From assembly GCA_026395965.1 (NCBI GenBank), contig JAPLXS010000006.1, positions 10,851 through 74,850 on the forward strand: 64,000 bases of DNA. The letters run 5' to 3'. The position numbers and the translations under genes are program-made. Under the pieces are notes generated by a model. The model did not search any database and was not told where the DNA came from. It worked only from the letters and a program-made list of their open reading frames with translations. This DNA comes from Candidatus Nomurabacteria bacterium. GTDB lineage: Bacteria > Patescibacteriota > Minisyncoccia > Phycocordibacterales > UBA9973. How positions within the stretch are numbered: position 1 is the first letter of the stretch; each line of letters starts with the position of its first letter. Positions 38,719 to 50,014 of this stretch are shown here, one piece after another.

Positions 38719-39450
38719 ATGGAAAAAGAAAACAAAGATCAAGAAGAAAAAGACCAAGCACAATCAAAACTTTCAACACCAGTTGCTATCATTATAGCTG
38801 GTGCACTTATAATGGGTGGTATTTTATTGACAAATAGTGGAGCTAAAGTAGCATCAAAAGACAAAACATTATCAGAACAAGTTGGAGTAAATAAAGAAAA
38901 ATTTGCACAATGTGTAAAAGATACTGATCCACAAGCATTGAGAGAAATAACAAATACTAGTGCTGAAAGTGCAATGAAAGGAGTACCAGCAGATCAACGT
39001 GGTACACCATATATTGTTATTGTCGGAAGCAATGGATCTAAAGCTGAAGTTCGTGGAGCTCAACCAATAGAAGAAGTTAGAAAACTTATTGCTGAAGTTT
39101 CAGCTGGAAAAGTTACTACAAAATACACAGGAGAAATACCTGCTGTTACTGCAGATGACCATATAATAGGTAGTATTAGTGCACCAATAACAATAGTTGA
39201 ATACTCCGACTTAGAATGTCCTTTCTGTAAGAGATTTGGTGGAACTGCTAAGCAACTAGTTGCTGAATCAAATGGTAATGTAGCTTGGGTATATCGTCAT
39301 TGGGTTGTTCACCAAGGTGCCCTTCCAAAAGCTGTAGCTGCTGAATGTGTAGCTAAACTTAAAGGAAATGATGCATTCTGGAAATATGTTGATCTAGTAT
39401 TTGGATTAATGAAAACAGAAGAAGATACTTCTGCAGCAAGCAATCTATAA
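38719..39450 (+). CDS. DsbA-family thiol:disulfide oxidoreductase.
   Basis: N-terminal TM segment. ITIVEYSDLECPFCKRF is the CPxC thioredoxin-fold active site. Confidence 0.7.
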   Translation: MEKENKDQEEKDQAQSKLSTPVAIIIAGALIMGGILLTNSGAKVASKDKTLSEQVGVNKEKFAQCVKDTDPQALREITNTSAESAMKGVPADQRGTPYIVIVGSNGSKAEVRGAQPIEEVRKLIAEVSAGKVTTKYTGEIPAVTADDHIIGSISAPITIVEYSDLECPFCKRFGGTAKQLVAESNGNVAWVYRHWVVHQGALPKAVAAECVAKLKGNDAFWKYVDLVFGLMKTEEDTSAASNL

Positions 39451-39466
39451 AATAAATAGCAAAATT

Positions 39467-39495
39467 AAAACAGCCATGCATTGCATGGCTGTTTT
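39467..39495. terminator. Bidirectional terminator between dsbA-like gene and rpoD.
   Basis: aaaacagccatgca-ttgcatggctgtttt. Confidence 0.6.
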
Positions 39496-39510
39496 AATTT
39501 TGAAGTATAT

Positions 39511-39548
39511 CTTTACCGGTCTAAACCCATGGGTTTAGACCGGTAAAG
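39511..39548. repeat. Perfect 17-bp-arm palindrome ctttaccggtctaaacc-cat-gggtttagaccggtaaag.
   Basis: Read directly. Confidence 0.5.
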
Positions 39549-39570
39549 ATTATTATTAAATAAAAAAAAT

Positions 39571-39599
39571 GGTTGGATGTCTAAGGAAGACGTCCAACC
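39571..39599. repeat. Imperfect palindrome ggttggatgtctaaggaagacgtccaacc, a member of the GGTTGGACGTC repeat family.
   Basis: Read directly. It shares agacgtccaac with the 5521 copies. Confidence 0.45.
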
Positions 39600-39634
39600 A
39601 CTTTTAACCACTTTTTTATTTAAGGTATTATTAT

Positions 39635-40993
39635 TTAATCAAAGTAATTTTTAAGTCTTGCAATCTTTTCATTATTACGAAGCTTTTCATGTACCTTGGC
39701 TTCAATTTGACGAATACGTTCACGAGTAACACCAAATTCTTGCCCAACCTCTTCTAGTGTGTGTTGTATACCGTCGTTTAGACCATAACGAAGTTCTAAA
39801 ATCTTTCTTTCCTTTGGATTAAGAGTGTCAAGTACTTCTTTAATCTGGTCAGATAGAATTCTTCTTGAAGCATCCTGGTCTGGACGAAGTATCTTGTCAT
39901 CGGGAATAAATTCTCCACGAGTAGACTTTTCATCATCATCCCCTATTGGCTGTTCTAGAGAAACTGTATCTTGATTTATTTGTTCTATGATATGTATCTT
40001 TTCAACTTCTAGATTCATCTCTGTTGCTATCTCTTCTATAAGAGGTTCACGTCCAAGGTCTTGGGAAAGTCTTCGAACTACTTGCTTGTATTTAGAAATA
40101 GTCTCAACCATGTGAACTGGAATACGAATTGTTCTAGACTGGTCTGCAAGTGCACGAGTTATAGACTGACGTATCCACCATGTAGCATATGTTGAGAACT
40201 TATAACCTTTAGTCCAATCGAATTTCTCTACGGCTTTAAATAGCCCTAGGTTCCCTTCTTGAATCAAATCAAGCAGAGTAAGATCTGAACTACGGCCTAC
40301 GTATTTCTTGGCAATAGATACAACCAAACGAAGGTTTGCACGAGCAAGTAAGTTCTTTGCTTCCATGTCTCCTTTTTCAATACGATAAGCAAGATTCTTT
40401 TCTTCACTAGCAGGGATAAGTGGATACTGCCCAATCTCTTTCAAATACATTTGAATGGAGTCGTAAGTTTGAGAATCTTTACTGTATTTAAGAACTAGCT
40501 TGTCTGTACTGTTGTCAGTATCAAGTAGATTACCACCTTCTAGAACATCGACACCTGCAACAGACAATTTTTCATAAAGTTCATCTAGAAAAAGAATATT
40601 ATTTTCTATATCAGGGAATATTTTAATAATCTCATCATAAGTAATAAATCCTCTCTTTTTACCTTTTTCAATAATTTGGTTTGATTTGTCTTCAAGTTCA
40701 AATATTTTCTTCTCTACAGATGATGCTTTTGAAGATGTTGATGTACTAATTTTCTTTTTTGAAACAGTCTTTATAATAGGAGCTTTTACAACTTTTGATA
40801 CTTTATTAACTTTTTTTATAACTTTAACTGGAGCTTTTTTCTTTGCTACTACTTTTTTTATTGGTTTAACAACTTTCTTTTTAACCACCTTAGACATAGG
40901 TGTTTTAGACTTTTTAACAACTGGCTTTGCTTTAGTTTTTGTTTTAGTAACCTTTTTAATAATTTTCATTTTTTTTACCATTTTTTTTATCAT
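39635..40993 (-). CDS. rpoD: RNA polymerase sigma-70 (RpoD) with a lysine-rich, histone-H1-like N-terminal extension replacing region 1.1.
   Basis: Region 2 [19 protein letters not shown]...[13 protein letters not shown]. Region 4 [20 protein letters not shown]. The N-terminal 100 aa are KK/AKP repeats. Confidence 0.9.
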   Translation of the reverse strand: MIKKMVKKMKIIKKVTKTKTKAKPVVKKSKTPMSKVVKKKVVKPIKKVVAKKKAPVKVIKKVNKVSKVVKAPIIKTVSKKKISTSTSSKASSVEKKIFELEDKSNQIIEKGKKRGFITYDEIIKIFPDIENNILFLDELYEKLSVAGVDVLEGGNLLDTDNSTDKLVLKYSKDSQTYDSIQMYLKEIGQYPLIPASEEKNLAYRIEKGDMEAKNLLARANLRLVVSIAKKYVGRSSDLTLLDLIQEGNLGLFKAVEKFDWTKGYKFSTYATWWIRQSITRALADQSRTIRIPVHMVETISKYKQVVRRLSQDLGREPLIEEIATEMNLEVEKIHIIEQINQDTVSLEQPIGDDDEKSTRGEFIPDDKILRPDQDASRRILSDQIKEVLDTLNPKERKILELRYGLNDGIQHTLEEVGQEFGVTRERIRQIEAKVHEKLRNNEKIARLKNYFD

Positions 40994-40998
40994 AGAAA

Positions 40999-42762
40999 TT
41001 ATTTTGATCTAAGTTTTTTAATGCCTTCTATTTTTTCGACTAATTTTTGATAAGCAATAATATCAGATTCAAGATTCTCTTTGTTATTATTTTGTTCTTT
41101 TTCATTGATTTTTAATAATAAATAAGAAGCTTGTTCCCGAAATATTTCTTCTTTTAAATTAAGTAATATTTCTTTAGTATCTTCTAAAAGAATATCTATT
41201 TTATCACCATACCACATCTCTGCCTCAAAAGATAAACTATCGGTAAACGGTTCGTAAAGAGAGAGCATTTTTTTGTAAGTATCTAATCCTATTTCTTCTT
41301 TAAATGAAGATTGTAATCCATTTATTGTATTTGAATGTTCTTCACTTGTACCTTTCCAAAAAATTATACCAAAGAATCTTTTTTCCAAACTATCACGACG
41401 AGAATTCAACCCTTGTTTACTTACCTCTTTATTTTGAATTACTATATTGGTTACCTTTTGTGTTTTTTCAAAATTCTTATAATCTTCAATAATAGCATTT
41501 TCAGAAATTCCTGTATTTCTATGTATCTCGTTTATATAAGCAGATTTTTCTATTGAACTATTTATCATTACCATAAATGGGAAAATAATTTCTCTAACTT
41601 TTTTCCCCCTTATCCTTATATCATTTGTTTCTTTACAAATCCTATCTAAATGAAAACTAATTATGTTGGTAGATTTTTTTATTATTTCACCCCATCTATT
41701 ATGATCTTCCAAGATTATATCGGCAGGGTCTTTTCCTTTTGGAAGTACTGCAACTTTGACTTGCATATCTAAAGATAGTGCAATAACAACAGAACGACTA
41801 ACAGCTCGAATGCCTGCATCGTCACCATCATAAGCAAATATAATATTTGATGAAAGTCGTCTTACTAAACCAAGGTTATTTATCTTTGATTCATTGTCTG
41901 TTGTTGTATCTGTAAAAGCTGTACCAGAAACGGCTACTGTATTTGTAAATCCCGCTTGATGAGAAAGTATCAAATCCATTTGTCCTTCAACGATGATACT
42001 GTAATCACGACTGCGGATAGAACCTTTTGCCTTATCTAAACCAAATAATATATTTGATTTATTAAATAGAGGTGTATCAGGACTATTGAGATACTTTGCT
42101 TCTTCTATGTTAGATGTGCTATCTATTTTTTTAAATATTCTTCCTGAGAAAGCTATTACTCTTCCACTTGAATCGCTTATTGGGAACATTATACGTCCAC
42201 GAAAACGATCATAATACCTATCGTCTTTTCTTTTTATAAGTCCAACTATTTCTATGTCTTCTTTTTTAAACCCCTTGCCAACAAGATGGTCATGTATATT
42301 ATTCCAAGATTCTGGTGCATAGCCGATTCTAAAATTTTTAATAGAAATATCATTTATACCTCTACTCAAAAGATAACTCCTAGCTTCTTTATTTGAATGA
42401 AATATTTTTTCAAAATAAGAAGTAGCTTCTTCCATTATTTCATAATAGATATCTGTTTTATCTTTTTCTTTACTTTTAAATGATGAGAGTTCTACTCCTG
42501 CACGTTCTGCAAGTATTTTCAATGATCCGAGAAAATCAGTTCCTTCAAAATGCTCAACAAAAGAAAATATATCCCCTTTAGCTCCGCACCCAAAACAATA
42601 ATATATTCCCCTATCAGGAGAGACAGAAAATGACGGGGTTTTTTCATTATGAAATGGGCATCGAGCTTTATAGTTCTTTCCTGCTTTTTCTATCGTTAAA
42701 TATGAAGAAACAACATCGACGATAGAAAGTCTCTCTTTAATTTTCAGAACTGATGAGTTCAT
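40999..42762 (-). CDS. dnaG: DNA primase.
   Basis: Zinc-binding [49 protein letters not shown]...DGDDAG. Confidence 0.9.
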   Translation of the reverse strand: MNSSVLKIKERLSIVDVVSSYLTIEKAGKNYKARCPFHNEKTPSFSVSPDRGIYYCFGCGAKGDIFSFVEHFEGTDFLGSLKILAERAGVELSSFKSKEKDKTDIYYEIMEEATSYFEKIFHSNKEARSYLLSRGINDISIKNFRIGYAPESWNNIHDHLVGKGFKKEDIEIVGLIKRKDDRYYDRFRGRIMFPISDSSGRVIAFSGRIFKKIDSTSNIEEAKYLNSPDTPLFNKSNILFGLDKAKGSIRSRDYSIIVEGQMDLILSHQAGFTNTVAVSGTAFTDTTTDNESKINNLGLVRRLSSNIIFAYDGDDAGIRAVSRSVVIALSLDMQVKVAVLPKGKDPADIILEDHNRWGEIIKKSTNIISFHLDRICKETNDIRIRGKKVREIIFPFMVMINSSIEKSAYINEIHRNTGISENAIIEDYKNFEKTQKVTNIVIQNKEVSKQGLNSRRDSLEKRFFGIIFWKGTSEEHSNTINGLQSSFKEEIGLDTYKKMLSLYEPFTDSLSFEAEMWYGDKIDILLEDTKEILLNLKEEIFREQASYLLLKINEKEQNNNKENLESDIIAYQKLVEKIEGIKKLRSK

Positions 42763-42783
42763 TTATATTCTTTTTTGAGATTA

Positions 42784-45700
42784 TTATTGTACAGTTTCGG
42801 CCACTTCTTCATTTACCTCTACTTTTGCTTCAACTTTACGCTTTACACCAAATCCTGTTCCAGCTGGAATAAGATTACCAATGATAACGTTTTCTTTTAG
42901 ACCTCTTAGATTATCAATACCACCACGAACTGCATTGTTTATCAATACTCTGTTTGTATTTTGGAAAGATGCGGCTGACAACCAACTTTTTGTAGTCAAA
43001 GAAACTTCAGTAATACCCAAAACAATAGTTGTTGCTTCGGCTTTCTTGCCATTACCTTCATTTTCTACGCGGTTATTTTCTTCAATCAATTCTATAGTTT
43101 CAACAATTTCTCCTGGTGAGAAAGTAGTATCACCTGCATCTTTAATCTTTTTACGTGAGAACATTTGACGAATAATTATTTCAATATGCTTTCTTGAGAT
43201 TGATGCACTTTGCAAATCGTAAACTTTGTTTATTTCATCTACTATGTATTCTTCTGCTTTTTCTTTACTACCATATTTTACAATTTCATTTATATCAGCA
43301 GAACCATCAGTAATCAATTCACCTTTTTTGATTTGTGAACCAACTTTTATCAAAAGTTGACGACGTGAAGGAATTGTATATTCCATCTCATTACTACCCT
43401 TACCACTTACTGAAATTTTATTATCAGCCTTAAGGTCTGAAAGAACACGAACAATTTTTTCTTTTCCGTTATCAGCAATATCTACAACTTCTCCATCACT
43501 AATAGCGATGATAGCTGGATTCTTTGGAATACGTCTTTCAAAAATTTCTTCAACACGAGGAAGACCTGTAGTAATGTCGACTGTTGCGACTCCTCCAGCA
43601 TGGAAAGTACGAAGAGTAAGCTGTGTTCCTGGTTCACCAATAGCTTGAGCAGCAATAATTCCTACAGCTTGCCCTAGCTCTATCATATAGTTTCTTCCTA
43701 GGTCTAGTCCATAACAATTTCTACAAATTCCATGAACTGTCTCACAAGAAAGAGGTGTACGGGCAAATGCTTCTTTTACACCAGCTTTTTCTAATGAACG
43801 AGAATCTTCTTTTGTAACCATAGAACCTTTCTTTGCAAGAATTTTACCTTCACTGTCTTTAATATCAGCAAGTAAAACTCGTCCAATAATAAATTTTGCA
43901 AATACTCCATCAACGGCTACTATTTTTTTACCATTTTTTGTTCCACAATCTTCTTCTGTAACTACTACATCTTGTGCAACGTCAACTAAACGACGTGTTA
44001 GATATCCAGCCTTGGCAGTATTTAGAGCCGTGTCAGCAGCACCCTTACGAGAACCGTGAGTAGTGATGAAATATTCTAGTGGTGACAAACCTTCTATGTA
44101 TGATGGAATTATTGGGAAGTCTAGAGTTTCTCCTGATGTGTTTACAATCAAACCTTTCATTCCACACATCTGAACAAGAGAACCCATGTTTCCGCGAGCT
44201 CCTGAAGTTATAAGGTCAAAAGTAGAACCTTTTGGATCCAAAGTTTCTGGAATTATTTTTTCAATTTCTTTTTTAGCATGTTCCCATATTTCAATAACTT
44301 TCTGGTATTGTTCATTTTCAGAAAGAAGCCCATCGTTGAATTGTTCACGAACTAATGCTTCTTCTTTACGGTATTTTGCAACAATAACACCTTTTCCTTC
44401 TGGCACTCTAACATTGTCTATACCCCAAGTAACACCTGAGTAAGTAGCATAATGATATCCAAAATCTTTAATTTTATCCAAAACTTTTGGAGTTTGATCT
44501 ATACCATAATGAACTATAAGCTGGTCTACTAGCAAAGACATACGCTTGATAGTTATTTCTTCATTCATATAAGGGAAATCATCTGGGAAAATACTGTTGA
44601 AGAACAATCTTCCTACTGTTGTTTCAAATGGCTTTCCTCCAAATTGACTATAACGAACTTTTCCACTACCTAGAACTTTTATCTTTGCGCGGAAAGTAAT
44701 ACCACCTAAATCAAAAGCTGTGATTGCTTGGTTTGGACTTGAAAATGCCATACCTTCTCCTTTTTCACCATCAACTGATTTTGTCATCCAGTAACAACCA
44801 AGAATTATATCCATCTTAGGCATTACGATAGGAGAACCATCTTGCGGCTTAAGTAGGTTTTTATTTGAAGCCATGTATTCACGTGCTTCCATTTGAGCCA
44901 TTTCTCCAAGTGGTACGTAAACAGCCATCTGGTCACCATCGAAGTCAGCGTTGAATCCAGCACAGACTAATGGGTGTACTTGAATAGCATGACCTTCAAT
45001 AAGAATAGGATTGAATGCTTGAATACCAAGACGGTGAAGAGTAGGAGCACGGTTTAGAAGAACGTATTTACCGCGAATAACTTCTTCAAGTATTGCCCAA
45101 ACTTCAGGAATACCTTCTTCTATTAGACGATTTGCTCCACGAATATTGAAAGCAAGTTCTGTTTCTAATATTTTTGATATTACGAAAGGTTTAAATAGCT
45201 CAAGAGCCATGTGTTTTGGTAATCCACATTGATTAAGTTTTAGACCTGGACCAACAACGATAACAGAACGTCCTGAGTAGTCAACACGTTTACCAAGCAA
45301 GTTTTGACGGAACAAACCTTGTTTTGATTTTAGATTGTCTGAAAGAGATTTAAGTGCACGCTTTTGAGATTGAGACACAGCTTGTGAATCATTCTGTTTT
45401 GCGATTGAGTTATCTATAAGAGCATCTACTGCTTCTTGAAGAATACGCTTTTCGTTTCTCAAAATAACATCAGGAGCACCAATTTCCTTCAATTTCTTTA
45501 GACGATTATTTCTATTTATAACTCTACGATAAAGATCATTCAAATCTGAAGTCGCATGGCGTCCACCATCAAGAGCTACCATTGGACGTAGTGCTGGTGG
45601 TATTATTGGAATAACTGTCAAAAACATCCATTCTGGACGAATACCAGAGTGTATCATTGATCTTATAAGAGATAGTCTTTTTTGAAGTTTTTCCTTATCG

Positions 45701-46431
45701 ATACTTGATGCTTTTGGAAGCATATTTTCAGTTTCAATTTTTAGATTTTCCAAATTCATATTCTTGAAGAGTATGAATATTGCTTCAGCTCCAATACTTG
45801 CCTCAAAACAACTTCCGTATTTAAGACCAAAGTGATGATATGCTATTTCATTTAAAACCTTACCTGGTACTATTTCATTTATTTCTTTTTTAGTATTTGA
45901 TAAAAGTTCTTTGAATTTTTCCTTTTCTTCTTCATCAGTAATACTTTTTATTTTTGATTTGAATTCACTTTCAAGATTTTTTATTATTACATCTTTTTCT
46001 TCGTTATATACATTTGTGATTATATAACCAGCGAAATATATAACTTTTTCCAAATCACTTACTGGTATATTTAGAAGCACTGACATACGAGAAGGAACTC
46101 CGCGTAAAAACCAGATATGAGCAACAGGACTTGAAAGTTCTATATGTCCCATACGTTCACGACGAACTATAGAACGAGTTACTTCAACTCCACATTTTTC
46201 ACAGACAATATCCTTATATCTGATACGTCTGTATTTACCACAGTAACACTCGTAATCTTTTTCTGGTCCGAAAATTCTTTCATCAAAAAGACCACTTCTT
46301 TCTGAACGTCCTGTACGGTAGTTTATTGTTTCTGGTTTTGTAACCTCACCGTAAGACCATTCACGAATTGCTTCAGGAGATGCAAGTTTCAGAACTATTG
46401 AGTCAAAATTTGTTGTATCAATTGTTTTCAT
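42784..46431 (-). CDS. rpoC: DNA-directed RNA polymerase subunit beta'.
   Basis: NADFDGDQM catalytic motif, zinc-binding cysteines at the N-terminus, and length. Confidence 0.97.
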   Translation of the reverse strand: MKTIDTTNFDSIVLKLASPEAIREWSYGEVTKPETINYRTGRSERSGLFDERIFGPEKDYECYCGKYRRIRYKDIVCEKCGVEVTRSIVRRERMGHIELSSPVAHIWFLRGVPSRMSVLLNIPVSDLEKVIYFAGYIITNVYNEEKDVIIKNLESEFKSKIKSITDEEEKEKFKELLSNTKKEINEIVPGKVLNEIAYHHFGLKYGSCFEASIGAEAIFILFKNMNLENLKIETENMLPKASSIDKEKLQKRLSLIRSMIHSGIRPEWMFLTVIPIIPPALRPMVALDGGRHATSDLNDLYRRVINRNNRLKKLKEIGAPDVILRNEKRILQEAVDALIDNSIAKQNDSQAVSQSQKRALKSLSDNLKSKQGLFRQNLLGKRVDYSGRSVIVVGPGLKLNQCGLPKHMALELFKPFVISKILETELAFNIRGANRLIEEGIPEVWAILEEVIRGKYVLLNRAPTLHRLGIQAFNPILIEGHAIQVHPLVCAGFNADFDGDQMAVYVPLGEMAQMEAREYMASNKNLLKPQDGSPIVMPKMDIILGCYWMTKSVDGEKGEGMAFSSPNQAITAFDLGGITFRAKIKVLGSGKVRYSQFGGKPFETTVGRLFFNSIFPDDFPYMNEEITIKRMSLLVDQLIVHYGIDQTPKVLDKIKDFGYHYATYSGVTWGIDNVRVPEGKGVIVAKYRKEEALVREQFNDGLLSENEQYQKVIEIWEHAKKEIEKIIPETLDPKGSTFDLITSGARGNMGSLVQMCGMKGLIVNTSGETLDFPIIPSYIEGLSPLEYFITTHGSRKGAADTALNTAKAGYLTRRLVDVAQDVVVTEEDCGTKNGKKIVAVDGVFAKFIIGRVLLADIKDSEGKILAKKGSMVTKEDSRSLEKAGVKEAFARTPLSCETVHGICRNCYGLDLGRNYMIELGQAVGIIAAQAIGEPGTQLTLRTFHAGGVATVDITTGLPRVEEIFERRIPKNPAIIAISDGEVVDIADNGKEKIVRVLSDLKADNKISVSGKGSNEMEYTIPSRRQLLIKVGSQIKKGELITDGSADINEIVKYGSKEKAEEYIVDEINKVYDLQSASISRKHIEIIIRQMFSRKKIKDAGDTTFSPGEIVETIELIEENNRVENEGNGKKAEATTIVLGITEVSLTTKSWLSAASFQNTNRVLINNAVRGGIDNLRGLKENVIIGNLIPAGTGFGVKRKVEAKVEVNEEVAETVQ

Positions 46432-46450
46432 AATTTAGATATTTAAGCTA

Positions 46451-49400
46451 TTAATCGTTCCCTAACTTTTTAAGATCAACATCCAATGCGAGACCTCGGA
46501 GATAATTCAGTAATACATTAAATGAAGCTGGAACGTTTGGTTCACCGATTGGGTGACCCTTAATAATGGCATCAAATGTCTGTGAACGACCAACAATATC
46601 ATCAGACTTAATTGTTAACATTTCACGAAGTGTATAAGCAGCACCATGTCCTTCAAGTGCCCATACTTCCATTTCTCCAAAACGCTGTCCTCCACCTTGA
46701 GCTTTACCTCCTAGTGGTTGCTGTGTGATAAGTGAGTAAGGTCCAATAGAACGCATGTGCAATTTATCTTCAACCATGTGGTGAAGTTTCAACATATACA
46801 TGTAACCAATAGCTACATCTTGATCAAAAGCATCTCCTGTGCGTCCATCATAAAGAGTAACTTTTCCACTTTCTGGTAATCCAGCTTTTACTAATTCAGC
46901 TTTAATTTCTGGAACTGTAGCAGATGAGAAAGAAGGAACTATAGCTTGATAACCAAGTGTATTTGCAGCATAACCTAAATGCATTTCAAGTATCTGTCCT
47001 AGGTTCATACGAGATGGAACTCCAAGTGGAGTAAGAATGATATCTATAGGTGTACCATCTGCCATAAATGGCATTTCTTCTTCTGGAAGAATAACAGAGA
47101 TAACTCCTTTGTTTCCGTGACGTCCTGAAAGTTTATCTCCAACAGAAATGTTTCTGATTTGAGCTATTTCAACAACGATTCTCTTTATAATACCTGACTC
47201 AAGATTGTGTCCTTGATCACGTGAGAATATTTTAACTCCAACAATTCTACCCTGTTTACCGTGTTCTAAGCGTAGTGATGTATCTTTTACATCACGAGCT
47301 TTTTCTGTAAAGATAGAACGAAGTAATCTCTCTTCTGGTGTAAGTTCTGTTTCTCCTTTTGGAGTTATTTTACCTACCAAGATATCATTTTCTTTTACTT
47401 CAGCACCTACAACAATGATTCCATCTTCGTCTAAGTCTTTAAGTTTGTTTTCACCTACGTTTGGAATATCACGAGTAGTTATTTCAGGTCCAAGTTTTGT
47501 ATCACGAACATTACATACAAATTCTGTAACATAAATACTTGTAAACTTACTTTGTTTAACTAATTTTTCGGATAGGATTATAGCATCTTCGTAGTTTGCA
47601 CCACCCCATGACATAAATCCAACAAGAACATTTTGTCCTAGAGCTATTTGTCCGCGATCTGTAGTACTTGTATCTGCAAGAACGTCACCTTTCTTTACTT
47701 TGTCACCTAGTGACACACTTGGACGTTGGTGAAATACTGAGAAATTGTTTGTACGAGAAAAATTGATAAGTGTATAAGTATGGTCTTTATCTTTTTCGTC
47801 TTTAACTGTTATTTTCTTTCCATCAACATGTGTGATAACACCATTTACTTCAGAAATAACTAAACGCCCAGAATCACGACTTGCTAATTCTTCCATTCCA
47901 GTAGCAACCAAAGGAGCTTCAGGCACGATACATGGAAGTGCTTGTTTCTGCATGTTTGATCCCATGAGTGTTCTGTGAGCATCATCGTGTTCTAAGAAAG
48001 GAATCATACTTGTCGCAACAGAGAAAGCTTGGTTTGTAGCTACATCGATAAAGTCTATCTCTTCTTTTGCAATTATTCCTGGCTTTGTTTTAAGACGAGC
48101 TTCAACTCTGTCTTCTATGATATTACCCTTTTCATCATAATCGATACCTGAATGAGCAATGTTGAATTTTTCTTCTTCAAGCGCATTCAAATAAACTACT
48201 TCTGAAGTAATTTTACCATTTTTAACTTTTACATATGGAGTTTCTATTATTCCAAATTCATTGATTTTTGCATATGTAGATAAGTGAAGAATAAGACCAA
48301 TGTTTGGACCTTCTGGGGTATGGATAGGACATACGCGGCCATAGTGAGATGTGTGTACGTCACGAACTTCAAGACCAGCACGTTCACGTGTAAGACCTCC
48401 AGGTCCAAGTGCTGAAAGAGTACGTAAATGTTCTACTTCAGCCATAACATTTTCCTGGTTCATAAACTGTGAAAGTTGGTTTGCTGTAAAGAACTCTTTT
48501 ATACGAGCTTGAAGTGGACGTTGATTTATTATTTGTATTGGAAGAGTAGTTCCTACATCTATAGTAGACATACGATCTTGAATGTTTCTCTTTATTTGAG
48601 ACATACCCATACGGAATTTTTGCTGAATCATTTCTCCAACATAACGAACACGACGTTGACCTAAGTGATCTATGTCATCTGCTTTTGAATGCAAATCGTT
48701 ATTTAAAAGAATTATGTTGTTTATGATAGTAACAACGTCATCTGCAGAGATAGTACGGCGCTCCATTTCTTTTTCGTCCATACTTTTTTCGAAACGCTTG
48801 TTGAAACGAAAACGTCCAACAGGAGAAAGATCGTATCTTTCAGCAGAAAATAGTGTAGTTATAAATTCGCGGGCATTGTCTGCAGTTGCTAAATCTCCAT
48901 CGCGAAGACGCTTGTATATTTCTATAAAAGATTCAGAAGGAGTCTTTGCTGGGTCTTTTTCTAGAGAAATAGTGATAGATTTCAAAGCTTCTTCATTATC
49001 AGCAAAAGCTTTTAGGATAGCTTCATCTTTATCAAGACCAAGTACACGTAGTAGTGAAGTAACAGAGAACTTTCTTTTCTTGTCTACACGTACATATATA
49101 GCTCCATCTGTATCTGATTCTATTTCTATCCATACACCACGAGCTGGGATTATCTTTGCACCAAAAAATCTCTTGGCTTTTAGTTCTTGTTCTGTAAAAA
49201 ATACACCAAAACTTCTTGTAAGCTGTGGAACGATAACACGCTCAACTCCATTGATTATGAATGTTCCATGTTTGGTCATTAGAGGAACATCTGCCATAAA
49301 GATTTCTTGTTCTTTTGAAGTTCCAATACTTTTATTCAAAAGTTTAACGCGAGCTTTAAGACCACCTTCATAAGTTAGTTTGTTTATCTTTGTATATTCT

Positions 49401-49624
49401 TCATCAAATTTTGATTCTCCTAGAGAAAAAGAAGTGAAGTCTAATTGAAATTTCTTTTCTGAATAATCGTTGATAGGAGAAAATTCTTTGAAGACTTCCT
49501 TCAAACCACTTTCTATCAACCAGTTGAAAGATACTAACTGATTTTCTATTAAATTTGGAAACGGAACCAATGGCTTCTTGTAACGCGCAAAATACTTTTT
49601 CTCTCGAGCAGTTGTTTTTTTCAT
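46451..49624 (-). CDS. rpoB: DNA-directed RNA polymerase subunit beta.
   Basis: Conserved beta-subunit blocks such as GRHGNKGV and the full length. Confidence 0.97.
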   Translation of the reverse strand: MKKTTAREKKYFARYKKPLVPFPNLIENQLVSFNWLIESGLKEVFKEFSPINDYSEKKFQLDFTSFSLGESKFDEEYTKINKLTYEGGLKARVKLLNKSIGTSKEQEIFMADVPLMTKHGTFIINGVERVIVPQLTRSFGVFFTEQELKAKRFFGAKIIPARGVWIEIESDTDGAIYVRVDKKRKFSVTSLLRVLGLDKDEAILKAFADNEEALKSITISLEKDPAKTPSESFIEIYKRLRDGDLATADNAREFITTLFSAERYDLSPVGRFRFNKRFEKSMDEKEMERRTISADDVVTIINNIILLNNDLHSKADDIDHLGQRRVRYVGEMIQQKFRMGMSQIKRNIQDRMSTIDVGTTLPIQIINQRPLQARIKEFFTANQLSQFMNQENVMAEVEHLRTLSALGPGGLTRERAGLEVRDVHTSHYGRVCPIHTPEGPNIGLILHLSTYAKINEFGIIETPYVKVKNGKITSEVVYLNALEEEKFNIAHSGIDYDEKGNIIEDRVEARLKTKPGIIAKEEIDFIDVATNQAFSVATSMIPFLEHDDAHRTLMGSNMQKQALPCIVPEAPLVATGMEELASRDSGRLVISEVNGVITHVDGKKITVKDEKDKDHTYTLINFSRTNNFSVFHQRPSVSLGDKVKKGDVLADTSTTDRGQIALGQNVLVGFMSWGGANYEDAIILSEKLVKQSKFTSIYVTEFVCNVRDTKLGPEITTRDIPNVGENKLKDLDEDGIIVVGAEVKENDILVGKITPKGETELTPEERLLRSIFTEKARDVKDTSLRLEHGKQGRIVGVKIFSRDQGHNLESGIIKRIVVEIAQIRNISVGDKLSGRHGNKGVISVILPEEEMPFMADGTPIDIILTPLGVPSRMNLGQILEMHLGYAANTLGYQAIVPSFSSATVPEIKAELVKAGLPESGKVTLYDGRTGDAFDQDVAIGYMYMLKLHHMVEDKLHMRSIGPYSLITQQPLGGKAQGGGQRFGEMEVWALEGHGAAYTLREMLTIKSDDIVGRSQTFDAIIKGHPIGEPNVPASFNVLLNYLRGLALDVDLKKLGND

Positions 49625-50014
49625 GATTTAAAAAATTATTATAACCAATAAAATCATTCTAGATATAAAGACATAATACCTCATTGTCATTTTGTAGTTC
49701 ATATACAAAAATATAAATAAGAGGAATTGATAGCACTATATATAGGAGTATTTTATTGATTATAAAATGAAAAGACACTAAGGCGACCAAACCTTACTGT
49801 TGATTTTTATTTATAATTACTGGCAGTGATTTTTTTTAACACAATGATGCTAAAAGCTTATAAAACTAGTGATTGATTTGCCATGACTCAATCTGTTCAA
49901 TCTGTATATTACACTATATTATTTAAGGATATTTGTCAACAGTTAGCCCAATATAGGAATTATATCCTCAATATCTATCTGAAAATATATAGTAAATGGT
50001 ACATAAAAATGGTT

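Noticed and set aside
48672-49373. 233-aa plus-strand ORF inside rpoB.
   Set aside because: It is antisense to a highly conserved rpoB segment and has no motifs.
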